From the NCBI GenBank assembly GCA_002490725.1, contig DKUN01000007.1, forward strand, positions 1,126 to 65,125: a stretch of DNA of 64,000 nucleotides, written 5' to 3'. This DNA comes from Porphyromonadaceae bacterium UBA7203 (GTDB taxonomy: Bacteria > Bacteroidota > Bacteroidia > Bacteroidales > Muribaculaceae). Position 1 is the stretch's first letter. The number at the start of each line of letters is the position of its first letter. Of the stretch, positions 45,707-55,792 are shown piece after piece. The notes beneath the pieces were generated by a model. The model saw nothing but the letters and a program-made list of their open reading frames with translations, did no database searches and was not told the DNA's origin. The position numbers were made by a program, and so were the translations under genes.

Positions 45707-46924
45707 TCAGCTTCGCACGCCACAGAAGTCAAGTTCAACCTTCGAGGAGTCGGCCTTCAAGGAGCGGAAAACGCTGTGAGCGGTCAGGAACACCACTATG
45801 TCGGCAGCAGCATAGGCCTCGTTGAAATCGGTCAGTTCCACGCCCTTGAATTCGGTAATGTTAGGCTCTACCACCATCAGTTCGGCGTCGGCCGCACATT
45901 CGCCAATAAGCTCCATGGCAATTTTGCGCGCGGGCGACTCGCGCAGGTCATCGATATCGGGTTTGAAGACCAGACCCATCAGTGCTACCCTCGGCTTGCG
46001 CCCGCGGTCGATGCGAAAGCGCAGAATGGCGTTCTTAACCTTCTCGGCCGTCCACTCGCTCTTGTAATTATTGATGCTGCGTGCGGTAGCTATAATGCGT
46101 GCCTGCTCCGGATAAGCCGACGTGATAAAATAGGGGTCGACGGCTATACAGTGGCCCCCGACGCCGCATCCGGGACGCAGAATGTTGACACGCGGATGGC
46201 GATTGGCCAGCTCAATGAGTTCCCACACGTTGATTCCCGCCTTATCGCAAATCATTGACAGCTCATTGGCAAAGGCAATCTGCACATCGCGGCTGGAATT
46301 CTCGGTGAGCTTGCACATCTCGGCCGTGCGTGCGTTGGTCTTGTGAAGTTTGCCGCTGACAAAACGGGCATAGAAGCGTGCAGCCTCGTCGGTCGAGGCT
46401 CCGTCAATGCCGCCGATTACGCGGTCGTTATTGACCAGCTCATGGATAACATTGCCCGGCAGCACACGCTCGGGACAATAGGCCACGGCAATGTTGCCCT
46501 TAAGTTCAGGACGCTCGCTGAAAATCAACTCGGCCATCTTCTCGGTCGTGCCCATCGGCGAGGTCGACTCGATAACAAAGAGATTGCCCGGACGCAGAAA
46601 CGGCAGCACGCTGCGTGTGGCCGCCTCGACATAAGAGATGTCAGGCTCATGGTCTCCCTTGAACGGGGTCGGCACCACAATAAAAAACGCATCGGCATGC
46701 TCGGGAACCGTCGATGCGCGAAGCGAGCCGTCGGCAATAACGCCGCGGAGCAAATCCTCCATGCCCGGCTCGATAAAGTGAAGATGGCCGGCATTAGTAG
46801 CTTCGACTATGCCGGGATTGATGTCGACACCCACCACGTCCACACCCCCCTTTGAGGCCGCAATAATCGCAGTGGGCAGTCCTATATATCCAAGCCCAAT
46901 AAAGCAAGCTTTGAAATCTTTCAT
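45707..46924 (-). CDS. nucleotide-sugar dehydrogenase, UDP-N-acetyl-D-mannosamine dehydrogenase-like
   Basis: Start taken at MKDFKACFIGLGYIGLPTA (Rossmann fold). Contains GGHCI and the C-terminal UDPG_MGDP_dh domain. Confidence 0.8.
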   Translation of the reverse strand: MKDFKACFIGLGYIGLPTAIIAASKGGVDVVGVDINPGIVEATNAGHLHFIEPGMEDLLRGVIADGSLRASTVPEHADAFFIVVPTPFKGDHEPDISYVEAATRSVLPFLRPGNLFVIESTSPMGTTEKMAELIFSERPELKGNIAVAYCPERVLPGNVIHELVNNDRVIGGIDGASTDEAARFYARFVSGKLHKTNARTAEMCKLTENSSRDVQIAFANELSMICDKAGINVWELIELANRHPRVNILRPGCGVGGHCIAVDPYFITSAYPEQARIIATARSINNYKSEWTAEKVKNAILRFRIDRGRKPRVALMGLVFKPDIDDLRESPARKIAMELIGECAADAELMVVEPNITEFKGVELTDFNEAYAAADIVVFLTAHSVFRSLKADSSKVELDFCGVRS

Positions 46925-46948
46925 ATTCGGATGTTTGATTATAACACG

Positions 46949-46956
46949 CAAAGTTA
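46949..46956 (-). promoter_or_regulatory. -7 promoter box for the dehydrogenase/GT26 pair
   Basis: The - strand reads taactttg, 25 nt upstream of ATG 46924. Confidence 0.5.
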
Positions 46957-46990
46957 CGAAAAATTCACCAAATCGCGCACCTCCCGACCA

Positions 46991-47045
46991 CAAAAAAGCG
47001 ACCCTCTCCCCCACCCTGCGGAATCGGCGGGGCGCGGGGGCGAGG
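46991..47045 (-). terminator. terminator after miaA
   Basis: On the - strand, a GC-rich imperfect stem (cctcgcccccgcgcccc / ggggtgggggagagg) is followed by gtcgctttttt. Confidence 0.55.
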
Positions 47046-47051
47046 ACGGGG

Positions 47052-47912
47052 TCAGCGAAGGGCGTCGGCTGGGAGGAGGTCGGGTGTGCGGCGGAGCCAG
47101 GTGAGCTGCTTTTTGGCGTAGACTCGGGTGTTTTTGGCTATGCGGGCAATGGCGGTTTCGCGATCCATAAGTCCGTCGAACATGGCAAACATCTCCTTGA
47201 AGCCCACCGTGTTGAGCGAGTTGAGATGCCGCAGGTGATAAAGCGCCTCAGCCTCCTGCTCCATGCCGTCGGCCACCATCCGGTCAACCCTGGCGTTGAT
47301 TCGCGCAAACAGTTCTTCGCGCGGCAGGTCGATTACATATTTCCGGATGTCGAACGGCCGGGGCTTGGCTCGGCCGGTGCGCAACTCGCTGACTTTGCGC
47401 CCGCTTTCGCGGATTATTTCGAGGGCATGGACCAAGCGCCGGTGGTTGTCGGGGTCGGCCTGCACGAAGTAGTCAGGATCGAGGCGGCGCAGTTCGTCGC
47501 GCACCGCCTCGATTCCCTGATTATGAAAAAATTCGAGCGTTTCGGCGCGCACGGCGTCGGAAATCGTCGGAATGTCGTCGAGGCCGCGGGTCAGGGCGTC
47601 GATATACATCATTGAGCCGCCGACAACGACACAGTCGGTCAGCCCGCGACGCTCCATGTCGGCAATCAGCCTCAGGGCGTCTTCTTCAAAGCGCGCCGCA
47701 CTGTAGTATTCGTCAAGTTCGAGGCACTCTACGAGATGGTGGGTCACACGCGCACGCTCTTCGGCCGACGGGCAGGCCGTAGTGACAGGCATATGGCGAT
47801 AGAGCTGGCGCGAGTCGGCCGAAATTATCTCGCATCCGAGACGTTCGGCCACGTCGACGGCCAGCGCAGACTTGCCTGAGGCGGTCGGACCGGTAATGAC
47901 GGTTACGGTCAC
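47052..47912 (-). CDS. miaA: tRNA dimethylallyltransferase
   Basis: ITGPTASGKSALAV..., SADSRQLYR. Confidence 0.95.
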   Translation of the reverse strand: MTVTVITGPTASGKSALAVDVAERLGCEIISADSRQLYRHMPVTTACPSAEERARVTHHLVECLELDEYYSAARFEEDALRLIADMERRGLTDCVVVGGSMMYIDALTRGLDDIPTISDAVRAETLEFFHNQGIEAVRDELRRLDPDYFVQADPDNHRRLVHALEIIRESGRKVSELRTGRAKPRPFDIRKYVIDLPREELFARINARVDRMVADGMEQEAEALYHLRHLNSLNTVGFKEMFAMFDGLMDRETAIARIAKNTRVYAKKQLTWLRRTPDLLPADALR

Positions 47913-47922
47913 GCTACGGCTA

Positions 47923-48351
47923 TCAATATTTCGACCAGTCTACCCAGTTGCTCGAGGGGTAGCGCCACGAGTCGAGCAGAGCTACGGGCAGCTGCTTGTC
48001 GCTCCACACCTGAAGAATCGAGCCGGGTTCGGTAGCCTTGAGGCAGTTGGCATAGCCGGCAGGCACGCAGAGCACCTCGCTCTTTTGGTCGGAGATGTGG
48101 AAGATTTCGGGCTCGAGGTCAAGCGAGGGATTGTCCCAGTCGTCAATCTTGACAAAGGCCATTGTAAAGCCGCCGCGGATGCAGTGAAACCACTTGCGTT
48201 CGCGCTGATGGCCGTGCCATCCGCGAACTACCGATGCGTCGGGGTGATGGATGGTATAAGTACGTTCAACTCCTTCGAGATGAAAGTCATTAAGAGAGAT
48301 AATCGTGCCGCGATGGTCGTTGAAGATTTCGCCGGGAATAGAAGTTACCAC
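47923..48351 (-). CDS. WxcM-like / FdtA-type cupin domain protein (sugar 3,4-ketoisomerase-like)
   Basis: 142 aa: FNDHRGTIISL..., RGWHGHQRE. GTG is the only available start (the in-frame stop is 4 codons upstream). Confidence 0.6.
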   Translation of the reverse strand: MVTSIPGEIFNDHRGTIISLNDFHLEGVERTYTIHHPDASVVRGWHGHQRERKWFHCIRGGFTMAFVKIDDWDNPSLDLEPEIFHISDQKSEVLCVPAGYANCLKATEPGSILQVWSDKQLPVALLDSWRYPSSNWVDWSKY

Positions 48352-48417
48352 TTTATTTGTTCAGATTTAAGAGTTAAAATAGAAATTGGGGGAGAATTTG
48401 AAACTGGAGGAGAAAGG

Positions 48418-49380
48418 TCATTTGCGATATTTCGACGAGGTCGGGGCCGCGTCGTTTTCGAGAATCGAGAGGTATGAGGCATAGCGGCTCCTGGCAATGG
48501 TGCAGCTGTCGAGAGCCTCGAGCACCGCGCATCCTGGCTCGCCACCCGTGTGGGTGCAGTCGGAAAAGCGGCAGTCATGGCCTGCCTCGAATATTTCAGG
48601 GAAGAAATGGCTGACCTCATGGCGGTCAAAATCAAGAGTGCCGAAGCCTCTGACTCCGGGCACATCGATAAGACGACCGCCACCGGGCAGGTCATACATA
48701 CGCGAGAACGTGGTGGTATGGATTCCCGAGTCGGTGGCTTCGCTGACGGCAGCCGTGAGGGCGCCCGCTCCGGGAACAAGCGCATTGATAATCGACGATT
48801 TGCCAACGCCGGAATTACCCGACAGCAGAGTCACGCTGTCGCTGACCATGGCGCGGAGTTCGTCAATGCCCTCGCCAGTCCTGACGCTGGTGCACACGAC
48901 GGGATAGCCGACGGTGCGATACAGGTGGCAGACGGCGTCGAGCAGCTCGCGGTCATCGCCGTCGGTCAGCAGGTCCACTTTGTTTATGACCAGCACGGCC
49001 GGCACATCGTAGGCCTCGGCTGTGGCAAGAAAGCGGTCAATGAACGTTGTGGAGGTTTCAGGATGAGCAAGTGTGGCCACCAGCAGAGCGCGGTCTATAT
49101 TAGCTGCCAGTATGTGGCTTTCCTTGCTCAGGTTCGACGCGCGGCGTATAATGTAGTTATCGCGCGGGTCAATAGCGGTTATGTAGGCGAGCTCGGCGCC
49201 GGGCGCAAGCGAGAGCGCCACGCGGTCGCCCACGGCAACGGGGTTGGTTGTGCGGATTCCCTTGATGCGCAGATTGCCCTTGGCCGCAGCGGTGACAACC
49301 GTGCCATTGCTTTCGGCGGGCGAGTCGAGCAGCACTTCATAGCGGCTGCCGAGATTGCTGATAACGAGTCCGTGCATCAT
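48418..49380 (-). CDS. rsgA: ribosome small subunit-dependent GTPase A
   Basis: VINKVDL, GNSGVGKSSIINAL and the zinc motif CRFSDCTHTGEPGCAV. Confidence 0.95.
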   Translation of the reverse strand: MMHGLVISNLGSRYEVLLDSPAESNGTVVTAAAKGNLRIKGIRTTNPVAVGDRVALSLAPGAELAYITAIDPRDNYIIRRASNLSKESHILAANIDRALLVATLAHPETSTTFIDRFLATAEAYDVPAVLVINKVDLLTDGDDRELLDAVCHLYRTVGYPVVCTSVRTGEGIDELRAMVSDSVTLLSGNSGVGKSSIINALVPGAGALTAAVSEATDSGIHTTTFSRMYDLPGGGRLIDVPGVRGFGTLDFDRHEVSHFFPEIFEAGHDCRFSDCTHTGGEPGCAVLEALDSCTIARSRYASYLSILENDAAPTSSKYRK

Positions 49381-49386
49381 TGCGGT

Positions 49387-49683
49387 TCAGTGAATTACGA
49401 TATCGGTTATTACCCCCTCGCGGCCCGCGAAGGAATTAAGGTCGGCAATCAGGCGCGGGCGCATGAACATAAGGTCGGCCTTGACCGACGCCGACGTGAT
49501 GTAAACGTGCATCACTCCCTGGTCTGTCACGTAGCGCCGTGTGGTCATACGGTTGATGCCGGCTCCGACAACGTTGATCCAGTTGACAAGCGCACGGTAG
49601 CGGTCGGCGTTATCCTCCTGACCGGCACGACGAAAAACGTCGTGAATAATCTCGCCAATCTGCTGGGGTTCAATCTTCTTCAT
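49387..49683 (-). CDS. DUF721 domain protein (recF-associated)
   Basis: Start taken at MKKIEPQQIGEII. It occupies the conserved position directly downstream of recF and overlaps it by 14 nt. Confidence 0.7.
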   Translation of the reverse strand: MKKIEPQQIGEIIHDVFRRAGQEDNADRYRALVNWINVVGAGINRMTTRRYVTDQGVMHVYITSASVKADLMFMRPRLIADLNSFAGREGVITDIVIH

Positions 49684-50779
49684 GGTGCAGAGGAGTAAAA
49701 TCACCGTCGTTAACCTGCCACAGGCGATAGTCGCCCGACGAGCGCGCCATAATTTCGTCGAGGTGCGAGCGATTGGTGTCGGTTATGAAAATCTGGCCGA
49801 ACGAGGGATCCTCGACCAACTGCACGATGCGCTCAACGCGCGTCGAGTCGAGTTTGTCGAAAATGTCGTCGAGGAGCAGAATCGGCTTCATGCGTGTGGC
49901 GCGGCTCAGGAATTCATATTGCGCCAGGCGCAGGGCAATCACAAACGTCTTGCACTGGCCCTGCGAGCCGGTGCGGCGCATTTCCATGCCGTTGAGCGTC
50001 ATTTCAATGTCATCGCGGTGAGGTCCGGCCGACGTGTGGCGCAGGGCAAAGTCGCGTATGGCATGACTCTCCATCATTTCGCGGTAGCTCAAAGCCTGCT
50101 GCATCTGCGACACATAGCGCAGACCCGGCTCCTCTCCGCCTCCGCTGATTCGGCCATAATACTCCCTGAAAATCGGCATCAGGCGCTCGACCCACTCCGT
50201 TCTGGCGGCGAAAATATAGTCGGCGGCAGGCTCCATCATAGCCTCGATGGCTTCATACATGGCACGGTCTGAAATCGCATCCTTCAGCAGACGGTTGCGC
50301 TGCTCCATTCCGCGATTATAGCGAATCAGCGCGTCGAGATAACGGGCGTCGCTCTGGCTGATTACCATATCCATCCAGCGGCGGCGTTCATCAGGACTCT
50401 CTCGCACCAGATCGACGTCGGCGGGCGACACCATTACGAGCGGAAACGCCCCTATATGATCTGAAATCTTCTGATATTCCTTGCCTTTGCGCTTAAGGCT
50501 CTTGCGCTTGCCCTCAGTGAGCCCGAGCGACAGATCTTCGTCGGCCCCGAGCCGCAGATATGACGCGCGCACCAGCGCGAACTGCTCGCCCGAACGGATG
50601 AGCATCGCGTCTGATACGCGGCTGAAACTTTTGGTGAAACTGAGCGTAAAAATTGCATCGAGCAGATTGCTCTTGCCCATGCCGTTGCGCCCGAGCAGGC
50701 CATTGACCTTCGGCGAGAACTCGAGGCGGGCATGCCCGATGTTCTTGAAATTGTCGATGCTGAGCGAGCGCAGAATCAT
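49670..50779 (-). CDS. recF: DNA replication/repair protein RecF
   Basis: LLGRNGMGKSNLLDAI (Walker A), GSQGQCKTF and LLLDDIFDKLD. Confidence 0.95.
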   Translation of the reverse strand: MILRSLSIDNFKNIGHARLEFSPKVNGLLGRNGMGKSNLLDAIFTLSFTKSFSRVSDAMLIRSGEQFALVRASYLRLGADEDLSLGLTEGKRKSLKRKGKEYQKISDHIGAFPLVMVSPADVDLVRESPDERRRWMDMVISQSDARYLDALIRYNRGMEQRNRLLKDAISDRAMYEAIEAMMEPAADYIFAARTEWVERLMPIFREYYGRISGGGEEPGLRYVSQMQQALSYREMMESHAIRDFALRHTSAGPHRDDIEMTLNGMEMRRTGSQGQCKTFVIALRLAQYEFLSRATRMKPILLLDDIFDKLDSTRVERIVQLVEDPSFGQIFITDTNRSHLDEIMARSSGDYRLWQVNDGDFTPLHHEED

Positions 50780-51499
50780 TTACGCCTGATAAACGAACGT
50801 GCCGATAGGTTCGCCGGCAAGCACTTTGTCGAGATTACCGGGAGTATCCATGTCGAACACGATGATGGGCAGGTGGTTTTCCTTGCAGAGGGCCGTTGCG
50901 GTGATATCCATGACCTTGAGGCCGCGCGCAAGCACTTCGTCGTAGGAGATGCGGTCGAACTTGGTAGCAGTAGGATCCTTTTCGGGGTCTGCGGTGTAGA
51001 CGCCGTCAACGCGTGTGCCCTTGAGCATCACATCGGCTTCGACCTCGATGCCGCGCAGGGCCGCACCGGTATCGGTGGTAAAGAACGGATTGCCGGTGCC
51101 GCAGCTGAGAATGGCCACCTGGCCGTTGCGCATGGCGTCGATAGCCTTCCACTTGCTGTAGTGGTCGCCTATCGGATGCATCGCAATGGCGGTGAACACT
51201 CGGGCAGGCTGGCCTATGGCCTCGAGCGCCGAGCTGAGAGCCAGCGAGTTGATAACTGTGGCAAGCATGCCCATCTGGTCGCCCTTAACTCGGTCGAATC
51301 CGCGCGAGGCGCCCTGCAGACCGCGGAAAATGTTGCCGCCGCCTATCACTATAGCAACTTCAAGGCCGCTGTCGACGGCGGCCTTGATTTGCTGAGCGTA
51401 CTGCGACAGCCGCTCAGTGTCGATGCCCTGCTTGAGCTGGGCGGCGAGACTTTCGCCGCTCAGCTTCAGCAGAACACGTTTGAATTTTCTGTCAGACAT
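50780..51499 (-). CDS. pyrH: UMP kinase
   Basis: KRVLLKLSGESL, VIGGGNIFRG and DGVYTADP. Confidence 0.95.
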   Translation of the reverse strand: MSDRKFKRVLLKLSGESLAAQLKQGIDTERLSQYAQQIKAAVDSGLEVAIVIGGGNIFRGLQGASRGFDRVKGDQMGMLATVINSLALSSALEAIGQPARVFTAIAMHPIGDHYSKWKAIDAMRNGQVAILSCGTGNPFFTTDTGAALRGIEVEADVMLKGTRVDGVYTADPEKDPTATKFDRISYDEVLARGLKVMDITATALCKENHLPIIVFDMDTPGNLDKVLAGEPIGTFVYQA

Positions 51500-51508
51500 T
51501 TTTTTCTA

Positions 51509-53194
51509 TCAAAGAATGGCCGAGAGGTTAAAGCGGTTGAACTCCAGGTCAGATGCAGCCTTGGCAGCCATCGAGGGGTCGAGTTTAACGGCCTGACGGA
51601 GCGAGTTGGCAATCATCGACTCGTTGTTGGTGCGCGCGCCGAGCACAGCCATCAGGTAGTAGGTGGTGGCGTCGGGGCGGGTAATGCCGGCCAGAGTCTT
51701 CTTGGCGGCCGAATAGTCCTTGGTCAGAATCTGAGCCAGAGCGGCGTTGTTGGAGCTTACGCCCTGCATTGCGCGGGCTGCGGCGGCGTTGTCACCCTGC
51801 TTGAGATAGTAAACACCGAGGGCCTCGCCGAGTTCGGGCACACCGGCGGCGTTGCCGAAGCGGCTCTGTGCGTCAGCGAAGTTGCCTGCGTTGAGCGATG
51901 CAAGGCCGAGGTTCATCTGAGGCTCGGCCGAAGCGGGAGCCAGACGGGCAGCCTGGGCAAAGCTGGCATTGGCGGCGCTGTAGTCGCCGAGCTGATACTG
52001 GGCCATGCCGAGGTTGTTATAGGTGCGATAGTCGGTGGGATAGAGTTCGGCTGCGGTCGAGTAGATCTGAGCGCGCTTCTCGGGCGAGTCGGTCAGAGTT
52101 GCGTAGTAGAGAATCTCATCGACGGTCAGTTCTGAAGGATTCGAGGCAAACACCTGTGCGATTTCTTCATCGCTCTTGCCGATAACGTTGATTTTGGCGC
52201 TGATGCGGCTGTAGCGGAGCTTGGGAAGAATCTCTTCGGCAAGCTGTTCGAACACGCTCGAGAGGTTGTGGATTTCACGTTCGCGCTCTTCGGGGTCGGA
52301 ATACATTGACAGCACGCTCAGAATGAGGTCCTTGTCCTGAATGTTGCTCTCGCTGACGAGGCGGCGGAAGCCTTCCCAGTCTTCGGGGGTAAAATCGGCG
52401 GTGAGCTCACCGAAAGTCACACCCTTGAGCTGCTTGTCCATATAGCCCTTGGTAGCGTTTTCGCGCTTTTCGGCCAGCTTTTTGTTGAAGTCATACGAGC
52501 CGTCGGGCGAAGCGTAGCTCTGAATGTTGATTTCGGTAATTTCCTGACGCGAGTCGGCGTTGGCGCTCTGAATGCGCTCGTGCAGGCCGGTCATCTGGCC
52601 GGTGCGCAGCTCGCTGTCGCGGATGTTGGCCTGGTTGATCAGGAAGAGGATGTCGGCGTCGACCTTATCCTGGATAATGCGCTGGAACTTGTCGGCGGCC
52701 AGGGCGGGAGTAACGCTGCCGGCATTGGCCATGGCGGCGGTGGCAATGACGCCGTTGGCTACAGCCACGCGCGGAAGCACATACGTCTTCTTGCCCTGCT
52801 GGACGGTGAAGCCAAGTTCGAGCTTGCTCGCAGCCATGTCGGGGGTGTAGGTATAGTTGACGGGAATAGTCACCGTGCCGCCCTTTTCGTAGGAGATGAC
52901 GGGATTATTGCCGCGCACCTTCTCGCCCTGATAGGTATAGGCGGCAGATGCGGTCTCGCCGTTGGCATATGTAAGATAGGGAGTAACGGTCACCTCGGCG
53001 TTCTTGACAAAATATTTTGCAGGAATGCGTGCGGTAACGGTAGCGGGCACGTTCTGGCCTACCACTTCGAGCGGATTGGGGTTGGTCGTAAAGTAATCGG
53101 CCTGCATCTGGCCCAGTTTTTTCGAGCAGCCTGTCAGTGCGATAGCTGCTCCCATCAGCAGCACGAGGCTGCGTGACTGATACTTGGCGTTCAT
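51509..53194 (-). CDS. TPR-repeat lipoprotein of unknown function
   Basis: 561 aa with lipobox LTGC. The C-terminal third contains TPR-like repeats (YNNLGMAQYQLGDYSAANASFAQAARL...). The central region has an OmpA-C-like stretch (ASPDGSYDFNKKLAEKRENA). Confidence 0.7.
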   Translation of the reverse strand: MNAKYQSRSLVLLMGAAIALTGCSKKLGQMQADYFTTNPNPLEVVGQNVPATVTARIPAKYFVKNAEVTVTPYLTYANGETASAAYTYQGEKVRGNNPVISYEKGGTVTIPVNYTYTPDMAASKLELGFTVQQGKKTYVLPRVAVANGVIATAAMANAGSVTPALAADKFQRIIQDKVDADILFLINQANIRDSELRTGQMTGLHERIQSANADSRQEITEINIQSYASPDGSYDFNKKLAEKRENATKGYMDKQLKGVTFGELTADFTPEDWEGFRRLVSESNIQDKDLILSVLSMYSDPEEREREIHNLSSVFEQLAEEILPKLRYSRISAKINVIGKSDEEIAQVFASNPSELTVDEILYYATLTDSPEKRAQIYSTAAELYPTDYRTYNNLGMAQYQLGDYSAANASFAQAARLAPASAEPQMNLGLASLNAGNFADAQSRFGNAAGVPELGEALGVYYLKQGDNAAAARAMQGVSSNNAALAQILTKDYSAAKKTLAGITRPDATTYYLMAVLGARTNNESMIANSLRQAVKLDPSMAAKAASDLEFNRFNLSAIL

Positions 53195-53237
53195 GAATTT
53201 AAATTAGTTTAAGTGATGATTTTTCGGTTTGATAGCG

Positions 53238-53245
53238 CAAATTTA
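53238..53245 (-). promoter_or_regulatory. -7 promoter box for the TPR lipoprotein / pyrH unit
   Basis: The - strand reads taaatttg, 44 nt upstream of ATG 53194. Confidence 0.5.
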
Positions 53246-53289
53246 CGTATTTCCTTGGAGTTTATCAACTCAAAGAATACGAAAATATG

Positions 53290-54735
53290 TTATTTTTTCA
53301 GGAGTTGCGCTTTAACCATCGGGTAGAGTCCCGAGCCGGTCATGGCGCCGAGTCCAAACATGACGGCGGCATAGGCCGCCGTCAGCGCCACACACTGCAC
53401 TAAAGCAGGCCAAGTGCTGACCGGAAGTAGAAACAGTGCGCCTCCCGCAAGAGCCGACAGCGCGGGAAGCCACGCCGATGAGAAAACTATAGCGGCGAAG
53501 TCGCGAAAGCGGAACACTTTGAGCGAACGGCTGCAATAGACCGAGTAGAAACACACGGCAAAAGCGACTCCGGCGGCCTGGGTGGCGGCAATCCAAAGGA
53601 ACCCGAACCGATAGAACAGCAACAGGAGCAGCAACTGAAACGCCACTTCAAGAAAACCCATGTTGCGCACAAAGACAGTGCGGCCGTAGACCTTACACAA
53701 TGTCATCAGGAACTGCTTGATACATAGCAGGCATTCCGCTACTGCAAGAATCCGGAACACGGGAGCCACGCCGGCCCACTTCGAGCCGAAAAGAAACACA
53801 ACAGCCGGCAGCGCCACCAGAATAATATAGGATAGCAGGCTAAGGTTTAAAGTCAACACCGTACCTGTCATTTGCCTTATGAGCGCCTTGCGCCTGTCAG
53901 GCTTCTGCTCGTTGGAGGCCACGACAAAGAAGGGCGCTGTCAGCGAAGCCTCCGATATGCCGTAAGGAACGGTTGCAAGCTTGGCGCCCTGATAATACAA
54001 ACCCGATAGCGACGGCGAGGAATAGACTTTGCCGAGCACGAACGTGTTGATATTGCGACCAATCAGCGTGGCCATATAGGCAAGCATCAGATGAACGCCG
54101 TAGCCGAAGAATTCCTTAAACGACTTCATGCTGAACTGCAACTTCGGGAACCAGCGCGAAACTATAGTGTAATAAAAAAAGAAAAAGAATGACAGCAAAA
54201 TCTGCGTGCATATCAGCGCCTTATAGCCATAGTCCAGCGCAGCAGCCGTTATGCCGAGAGCCGAAACTGTCAGTGTGGCTCCGACACGCACAAGACAGAC
54301 AGTGCGCATTCTGAGCATCTTGCGCAGGCGCGTTTCCTGCACATACGACATGGTCTGAAAAAAGAAGCACACCCCGAGCGCACGCATAACCGTAATCAGC
54401 TCTTCATGACCGAAATATCCGGCCACGAGCGGTGCGCCAAAAAAGAAAGTGAGACCAAACAGCAACCCGAACGCGGAGTTGAACATGAACACGGTCGAAT
54501 AGTCCATCTCGGTCGGAGCTGCTTTATGAATCAGGCCGTCAGAGAGGCCGCAGCTCGACAAATCGCTTGCGACGGCAATGAAGATGGCTATCATGGCAAG
54601 CAAGCCGAAATCATCTTCAGTCAGCAGTCGCACCAGCACCAGATTCGTGGCCAGATTGATTACCGCGATGCTTGCCCGGTCAATGAACGACCATTTATAA
54701 ACGTTTCCCTCAGCCATCTTTCCGGTTAACTCCAT
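53290..54735 (-). CDS. polysaccharide flippase (Wzx; MOP/PST family)
   Basis: 481 aa, about 12-14 TM segments, PST-family N-terminus (WSFIDRASIAVINLATNLVLVRLL). The start may be 54717. Confidence 0.8.
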   Translation of the reverse strand: MELTGKMAEGNVYKWSFIDRASIAVINLATNLVLVRLLTEDDFGLLAMIAIFIAVASDLSSCGLSDGLIHKAAPTEMDYSTVFMFNSAFGLLFGLTFFFGAPLVAGYFGHEELITVMRALGVCFFFQTMSYVQETRLRKMLRMRTVCLVRVGATLTVSALGITAAALDYGYKALICTQILLSFFFFFYYTIVSRWFPKLQFSMKSFKEFFGYGVHLMLAYMATLIGRNINTFVLGKVYSSPSLSGLYYQGAKLATVPYGISEASLTAPFFVVASNEQKPDRRKALIRQMTGTVLTLNLSLLSYIILVALPAVVFLFGSKWAGVAPVFRILAVAECLLCIKQFLMTLCKVYGRTVFVRNMGFLEVAFQLLLLLLFYRFGFLWIAATQAAGVAFAVCFYSVYCSRSLKVFRFRDFAAIVFSSAWLPALSALAGGALFLLPVSTWPALVQCVALTAAYAAVMFGLGAMTGSGLYPMVKAQLLKK

Positions 54736-55792
54736 TGTGCGACTTCAGGCGGTTTCCTCCGGTTGCCGGTTTATAGAGTTCTATATAGTGTTCGACAGTG
54801 TTGACAATGGAAAACCGGCGGCTGACAGCTTCGCGTCCGGCGGCTGCCACAGCGGCAAACCGGTCGTAGCCGTCAATCACTGCATCGATAGCTTCGGCCA
54901 GAGCCTCAGCATTATCCGGCGGTACTGAAAGGCCGCCACCCGTAGCGGCAAACACCTCCATCGGCCCCGGAAGGTCGGAAACTACCACGGGCAGTCCGGC
55001 CGACATCGGTTCGACCAGCGCGAGGCCGAAGCCCTCGCTGAGCGACGGGAGCAGAGCTATGTCGTAGCCCGCTATCGACTCATATAATTCCTTGCGTGAC
55101 ATCTTGCCGCGAAACCTCACCCGCGACTGCAGGCCGAGACCTGCGGTCAGCTCCTCAAGCATGGTCCGTGAAGCGCCGTCGCCCACAAAATCGACAGCAA
55201 CGTCGCCGTGTTTCATCAGCGACAGGGCTCTGAGGGTGACGTGCTGCCCTTTGATGTGGTGGTTGAGCGAGCCTATCTGCAAAATTTTTACCGGACGGCC
55301 CGGGGCATCGCTTCGGCGCACAGCCAGGTGCGACATCTCAATTCCGTTATAAACAACCACCGGCTCGCCTTCGCCACGCGCCTTCACGTCGGAGGCCACG
55401 GCCTGCGAGATGGCGCAGAGCGTGTCGGCTTTTGAGCTGTAAGGATTAACGTCGCCGATGCAATGATAGGTATAAACCACCTTGAACGACCGCGGGCCCG
55501 AAAGCAGGGCCAGGGCCTTTCGGTTATGGATATGTACAACGTCAGGGCGCCTGATGCGCAGCGCCCTGTTATACCTCCACCACCAGAGCGGATTTTTTGA
55601 GCCTTCACGACGATTCAGCCTCACCACCGACACTTCCGGATTAACGCTCGCCAGCAAGTGCTCTTCATGGCCGTCGTTAATCAGCAGCAGCGTAACGTCG
55701 TGGCCCATGGCCTGCTGATTGTTCACAATGTCAATCAGCATGGTTTCGGTGCCGCCGGTGCGGAGGTTAAAAAGAACGTGAATGATTTTCAT
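54710..55792 (-). CDS. glycosyltransferase family 4
   Basis: MKIIHVLFNLRTGGTE...; the C-terminal EGFGLALVEPMSAGLPVV is the GT-B EX7E motif. Confidence 0.85.
   Translation of the reverse strand: MKIIHVLFNLRTGGTETMLIDIVNNQQAMGHDVTLLLINDGHEEHLLASVNPEVSVVRLNRREGSKNPLWWWRYNRALRIRRPDVVHIHNRKALALLSGPRSFKVVYTYHCIGDVNPYSSKADTLCAISQAVASDVKARGEGEPVVVYNGIEMSHLAVRRSDAPGRPVKILQIGSLNHHIKGQHVTLRALSLMKHGDVAVDFVGDGASRTMLEELTAGLGLQSRVRFRGKMSRKELYESIAGYDIALLPSLSEGFGLALVEPMSAGLPVVVSDLPGPMEVFAATGGGLSVPPDNAEALAEAIDAVIDGYDRFAAVAAAGREAVSRRFSIVNTVEHYIELYKPATGGNRLKSHNGVNRKDG

Noticed and set aside
47027-47051. G-run cluster (ggggcgcgggggcgaggacgggg) as a G-quadruplex element
   Set aside because: It forms one arm of the miaA terminator stem, and only three of the G-runs are 4 nt or longer. 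There is no independent support.
50732-52135. 467-aa ORF on the + strand, and 30087..31376 (429 aa, - strand)
   Set aside because: These are shadow ORFs antisense to pyrH / the TPR lipoprotein and to the FtsX permease respectively.
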